Shown here in pieces: positions 59,593-64,000 of a stretch of 64,000 nt of DNA. The DNA is from Candidatus Poribacteria bacterium. GTDB taxonomy: Bacteria; Poribacteria; WGA-4E; PCPOR2b. Position 1 is the stretch's first letter, and each line of letters starts with the position of its first letter. The stretch is taken from contig OZ244042.1 of NCBI GenBank assembly GCA_965215015.1, forward strand, positions 1,696,001 to 1,760,000. Direction: 5' to 3'. The notes under the pieces were generated by a model. That model had not been told where the DNA came from and did not search any database. It saw only the letters and a program-made list of their open reading frames with translations. A program made the position numbers and the translations under genes.

Positions 59593-62448
59593 TCATTTTG
59601 GTGTACTGAATGTGGAAGTGTGCTCATGGATGCGCTGACGCTCGATATTCGCGTACGGGTCAGCGCGACGGGTGATGCCGGTGATGGCGTCAACGGATTC
59701 GTCCGCCTTAAACCGCGTATACAGCTTCTGCTCCTTCGCTGCCATCACCTCATTTTTGAGCGCGCGATAGCACAGCATCATGTTGTAGTGGGCATCCAAA
59801 TCCTCTGGATCAACCGTCAGTGTTTTCTGAAACTCTGCGAGTGCTGCTTCGTACTTCCGCTGCAGGTAGAGCAGCCTGCCAATTTCATTGAGAACCCGCC
59901 GATCCCGCGGAAATTGGAGGGCAGCGGTCCGCAAGTGTTCCAGCGCGTCGTCATATTTTCCGTACGCCTTTTGAACCAGCGCGTAAAAATAGTGCACCTT
60001 GGCCCGGTGCGGGTTGTCGAGGGGAAGCCGTTTCTGGAGAGCCATCGCCTTTTCAAGCATTTGTTCTGCCCCTTTCATATCGCCCTCCTGAATGCGGCAC
60101 CGGGCGACGTTGACCCAGCCGTCCATATAGCTCGGCTCAATCTCCGTAACTTTCAGGAACACCGCTTCCGCGCCCTTGAGATCACCTTGCAGGAATAGCC
60201 CAATACCGTAGTCATTCCACCGCTCGCGGTGGTTCGATCTTGGATTCTTCCCTGATTGATTGATTGCCGGTTCGATCGGTTCACCACCGTCAATCACCCG
60301 CAACGTTGCCATATCCTCTGCCATGGGGACAATTGGCAAGTTGGGGATTGCCTTAATTTTCCCGGCGACATCGGATGTATCTCCCGTGAAGATCCAATGC
60401 CCATTGTCATAACCCTGATCTACCTGAAAATCGGTGTCTTCCGGATCTCGCACCCCCGCATACGCCCACTGCGTATGCCACCAGTTGAATTTGCGGTAAT
60501 TCAACTTTGCGTGCAGCTGAATTTCATCCCCACAATCCGGTGGAATGAAAAGCCGATAGTGAACGGTATCCGCAGCACCGGGGGGAATGGTGTTGGCATA
60601 GAGGACAGTCCGCGCCGCCCAAGCGTTGCGTTTATTGATAAGATTTCCGTGTTCGTCCAGCATATATGCCCGATAAAAGTGCGCTCCCGGATCAACGGGC
60701 CCATTGCCATCTTCCGCTTCAATCCATCCACTCCAGAAAATGATCTTTCCGTTTTCATCTGTCGCCTTCAACTCTAACCAAATATCGAAAGCATCAATTG
60801 TGCCGGCGGGGAATCGGTGCCCTACCCCCCTTGTACGAACAACTACATCAATCCGAACTTCTTCGCCGCGCCGAACTGTTGCGTTGGAACCGTTGATTGG
60901 TGCGATAAGCTTCGTTATATCCGTTACCGTGCCGATAGCGTGCCCCTGACTTCCGCTGTCGATCAGGCTAAAGGTGCGAAATTGAGGTCTGGCGTGGGGC
61001 GCGCTGAACCTATTCCCCGAATTCCCATGCAGTTGGGACTGGATCGGTGTCGCGGGACTGAGTGCGAAGATATCTACGCTCACCTGATTGTTCTGGAGGA
61101 AGTCGATCGTCGTTTTGAGTTGTTCGTCGTGCTTATTTACGAAAGGAAGTGCTGTATTCGCCGCAGGAAAGCGGTGACTGTGGACTTTTCCGTCGATATT
61201 CGCCGCGTCCTTTGAGGGAACCAGCGGCATGTGACAGTCCACACACTTCTTTGGCTTTTCGGGATAGTAGAAAGACAACGCGCCCTGATGGGAGACGCCG
61301 CTGGTCTGCCACTGATCATAATCGTTAAAACCGCGAAACCAGCGAAAGTTATTGACCGGCACATCGAGATGTACCTTGTGACAGGTGGAACAAAATTCTG
61401 CGGTATTCTGGCGGTGGAATGGCTTGAGGAAACTCTTTTTATGGGGTTCCGGGTCCAAGCGGATAAGGTAATTGTGGAGTTTGCGAATTGCGGGATTTTC
61501 GTTGGCAGCCATCTTATGTAAGGGTGGATACTTGATGACGTATCCGCTGTTGCCCATCGTATCTTTGACCTTTTCCATTGAATGGCACGCCGTACACGCG
61601 AGTCCGGCCTGGGCGGCGGGCGTATGCAAATTCTCCCGAATCGGTCGATCCATCACGCCGTTCAGCAAGATTGCGGGGTCGTGACACCCACCGCACCATT
61701 TAGACGGTTGAATCCCGTTGACCTCCTGCATATACATAATCGATTTGCGATACCACTGGTTGTTGAAGGAGGCGAAGTGATGCGCCGATTCGTGCCACTG
61801 TTTGTAAATGTCCGGATGGCATCCACTTTCAGCACAGGTTTGGGAGGTCAAAAAAAAATCGGTAGGAATCAAATCGCTGGTATAGGTCTCGACGGAAGCG
61901 GGGAAGAATGGCCCATCGGTGCCACCCCCTTCCTCATACATACTGGTCGGCGGAGAGAGTGGGTTTTTCACCAGATAGTCCGGGTTGGGGCGATAGTGCT
62001 GGACCAGCCGTGCCCCAACGGGAAACAGCAGACTGATGAGGAGAACAATCACGGTGATTTGTGCTGCTTTGCGTGAAAACTCGGTCTCTGCTCGTCTCGC
62101 CAAAATCAGTAGATGTCCGACAAATAGGATCGCACCGAGCGTCACGGTGACGATATGGAGGATGAGCAGCCAACGGTTGGGGGTCGTGGCACCGACGAAC
62201 ATCAGGTACACGCCCGAAATCGCCCCAATTCCCAGAGAAACTGTCCCGCCTTTGCCGATAATTGACATATCCGCGAAATGCTTGTGCACATAGAAAGTGA
62301 ACGGAATAATCAACCCAACGCCGAGAACAACGTGAGCCAAGACGTTCCCGATGTAAAATAGGGTCGGCTCTCCGAAGCTGATCAGGTAAGCACTGTTAAT
62401 CAGCAGGATTAGGAAACCGAGAAATAGGAATTTTGTCCAGAGGCGCAT
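59593..62448 (-). CDS. Membrane-anchored multiheme cytochrome c (c554-like) with C-terminal TPRs
   Basis: About 5 N-terminal TM helices; CAESGCH, CGGCH, CTACH, CSTCH, CVDCH; TPR motifs. Confidence 0.8.
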   Translation of the reverse strand: MRLWTKFLFLGFLILLINSAYLISFGEPTLFYIGNVLAHVVLGVGLIIPFTFYVHKHFADMSIIGKGGTVSLGIGAISGVYLMFVGATTPNRWLLILHIVTVTLGAILFVGHLLILARRAETEFSRKAAQITVIVLLISLLFPVGARLVQHYRPNPDYLVKNPLSPPTSMYEEGGGTDGPFFPASVETYTSDLIPTDFFLTSQTCAESGCHPDIYKQWHESAHHFASFNNQWYRKSIMYMQEVNGIQPSKWCGGCHDPAILLNGVMDRPIRENLHTPAAQAGLACTACHSMEKVKDTMGNSGYVIKYPPLHKMAANENPAIRKLHNYLIRLDPEPHKKSFLKPFHRQNTAEFCSTCHKVHLDVPVNNFRWFRGFNDYDQWQTSGVSHQGALSFYYPEKPKKCVDCHMPLVPSKDAANIDGKVHSHRFPAANTALPFVNKHDEQLKTTIDFLQNNQVSVDIFALSPATPIQSQLHGNSGNRFSAPHARPQFRTFSLIDSGSQGHAIGTVTDITKLIAPINGSNATVRRGEEVRIDVVVRTRGVGHRFPAGTIDAFDIWLELKATDENGKIIFWSGWIEAEDGNGPVDPGAHFYRAYMLDEHGNLINKRNAWAARTVLYANTIPPGAADTVHYRLFIPPDCGDEIQLHAKLNYRKFNWWHTQWAYAGVRDPEDTDFQVDQGYDNGHWIFTGDTSDVAGKIKAIPNLPIVPMAEDMATLRVIDGGEPIEPAINQSGKNPRSNHRERWNDYGIGLFLQGDLKGAEAVFLKVTEIEPSYMDGWVNVARCRIQEGDMKGAEQMLEKAMALQKRLPLDNPHRAKVHYFYALVQKAYGKYDDALEHLRTAALQFPRDRRVLNEIGRLLYLQRKYEAALAEFQKTLTVDPEDLDAHYNMMLCYRALKNEVMAAKEQKLYTRFKADESVDAITGITRRADPYANIERQRIHEHTSTFSTPK

Positions 62449-62481
62449 GGTTGGGGCTTTCTCTTGAACACAGTTTTGGGT

Positions 62482-62510
62482 TTGACAAGTGTTTGGAAGG
62501 GTTGTATAAT
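62482..62510 (+). promoter_or_regulatory. Consensus sigma70 promoter
   Basis: TTGACA-N17-TATAAT upstream of the PhyH gene. Confidence 0.75.
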
Positions 62511-62584
62511 TAGTCGTCAGTCTTTAATTTTATCAGGTTTTTCCGTCGGTTTCAACTGGAAAGTTTTTACGAAGGGATAAGCTT

Positions 62585-63457
62585 ATGCACTTGACAGAAG
62601 CTCAAATTTCCTCGTTCCACGAGGACGGTTACTTACGGTTGGAAAATGTGTTGGATACGAACGACCTGCAGCCGGTCATTGACGAGTACTCCGATATTAT
62701 TGACAGGCGTGCACAGCAGCTGTACGCCGAGGGGAAAGTGAGTTCGCTGCATGAGGACGAACCGTTTACGCGGCGATTGCTGCTGCTAGCGAAAGAAGCA
62801 CCAGAAGTTGCTGGCAATCTAGACATTATGCAGGAACGCGGCGAGGCAACCTTTAACTTCCTGAAAAACCCGAAGATTCTGGATGTGGCGGAATCGCTCT
62901 GCGGTTCAGAGATTGTGTGTAATCCCATCCAGCATATTCGGGCGGTTTTGCCGCACCGTGCGACCGGCGGCCATCCGACCCACTTCCATCAGGATGCTGG
63001 CGTGTGTTGGCCCGATACCGACCCCTACTTTATGCTGACCGTCTGGGTCCCTATCGTGGACGCGACGCTAGAGAATGGTTGTCTGGCGGTGCTGCCCGGC
63101 AGTCATAAATATGGGCTCCGGCAACATGCGTATACGCCCGGATTGGACGTGCCCCCGGAAGAACGTCCACCCATCAAGTCTAAGCCGCTGCCCGTGCCCG
63201 CAGGGGGGCTTATCCTATTCCACAACTACACGCTGCATCACGCGCTTGCCAACGAATCGGACGAGGTTCGCTGGAGCTTTGACCTGCGCTATCATGATGC
63301 CTATCAGCCGTCGGGACGCCCCTTCTATCCGACGTTCCTGATGCGCAGCAAATTCCGTCCAGATGCGTTGCAGACCGATTATGAGACGTGGTGTGAACGG
63401 TGGGAGTTTGCACTGATGGCAGGGAAGGACGCTGTGCGCTATCGTTGGAAACGTTAA
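62585..63457 (+). CDS. Phytanoyl-CoA dioxygenase (PhyH) family 2OG-Fe(II) oxygenase
   Basis: FHEDGY, HQD, NGCLAVLPGSH, distal H and RWS. Confidence 0.9.
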   Translation: MHLTEAQISSFHEDGYLRLENVLDTNDLQPVIDEYSDIIDRRAQQLYAEGKVSSLHEDEPFTRRLLLLAKEAPEVAGNLDIMQERGEATFNFLKNPKILDVAESLCGSEIVCNPIQHIRAVLPHRATGGHPTHFHQDAGVCWPDTDPYFMLTVWVPIVDATLENGCLAVLPGSHKYGLRQHAYTPGLDVPPEERPPIKSKPLPVPAGGLILFHNYTLHHALANESDEVRWSFDLRYHDAYQPSGRPFYPTFLMRSKFRPDALQTDYETWCERWEFALMAGKDAVRYRWKR

Positions 63458-63559
63458 TTGTGGCAAGAGAATCAACAATGCTTTAAACCACCCGAAGGTT
63501 TCACATCTTGGGGTGGTTATCCCCACGATTACTCAATATCTTCAGTCAGTGGAAAGCCC

Positions 63560-64000
63560 CTAGTTGCCAAGCACACTCCGTTCAGGCACAAAACCCAACT
63601 CTTCCTCGATTCGGTGGATCTCGTATACGGGAGCTCTTTCATGTCCGGGGCGTGTATAGTGGGAGAGATCTATCCGATCGGCATCCGCCCCATACCACCC
63701 ACGGATAATTTCGGGGACGGTCCCCTCGGCACAAGCTTGTCCCCCTACCGCATTCAGGATGCGAACCCCCGGTTTATGCGGGGCTTCGGCCGCAAGCGTC
63801 AAACAGCGAACCGTATCGCTGAGGTACATGTACGAAATTGACCCCATTGACCACTGTCCTACCGGCCCAACCTTTCTAGGCGTCAATTCACGGTCATCGG
63901 GGGCGATGCTTGCTAAGCGGAGGTTAATAAAATCCAACTCTTCATTCTGACGCGCCAGATAGCGTGAGACCTCCTCCATCAGATACTTCGAGAAGCCGTA
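63560..64000 (-). CDS. 3' part of an NAD-dependent epimerase/dehydratase (starts beyond the window)
   Basis: Window edge translates as YGFSKYLMEE (YxxxK), followed by INLRL. Confidence 0.7.
   Translation of the reverse strand, partial: YGFSKYLMEEVSRYLARQNEELDFINLRLASIAPDDRELTPRKVGPVGQWSMGSISYMYLSDTVRCLTLAAEAPHKPGVRILNAVGGQACAEGTVPEIIRGWYGADADRIDLSHYTRPGHERAPVYEIHRIEEELGFVPERSVLGN

Noticed and set aside
59572-60198. 208-aa plus-strand ORF and other long antisense ORFs
   Set aside because: They are shadows of well-supported genes on the opposite strand.

Overview
This is a bacterial chromosomal window of moderate GC content. The gene content (many Gfo/Idh/MocA, SDR, enolase, PhyH and BNR proteins, an orphan microcompartment vertex gene, PorV- and Gld-like envelope genes, and REP/MITE-littered intergenic DNA) suggests Candidatus Poribacteria, but that is an inference. 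Housekeeping genes are moaDE, folD, a paaK-like ligase, 5-formyl-THF cyclo-ligase, a partial dcw cluster (rsmH-ftsL-ftsI-murE-murF-mraY), dcd, glnA-glnB and a GldAFG-like ABC system. The most striking structure is a pair of same-orientation tandem arrays, at ~3400-5510 (15 units) and ~57211-58183 (6 units). Each ~143-bp unit is a ~106-bp imperfect palindrome plus a ~35-38-bp linker. On the minus strand the linker is a copy of the last ~10 codons of a type I R-M hsdM gene, including the RBS that starts hsdS. The second array sits exactly between an hsdM 3' fragment and a single-TRD hsdS; the first has no hsd gene nearby. Other notable items are a PorV-like barrel fused to a lytic transglycosylase within a four-gene envelope cluster, a nested non-autonomous IS200/IS605-type element inserted between an RBS and its start codon, an NtrC-like regulator lacking GAFTGA next to the BMC vertex gene, a MoaD with a masked GG terminus, and a structured glnA leader downstream of a sigma54 promoter. 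All calls come from reading the sequence by eye; no searches were run.
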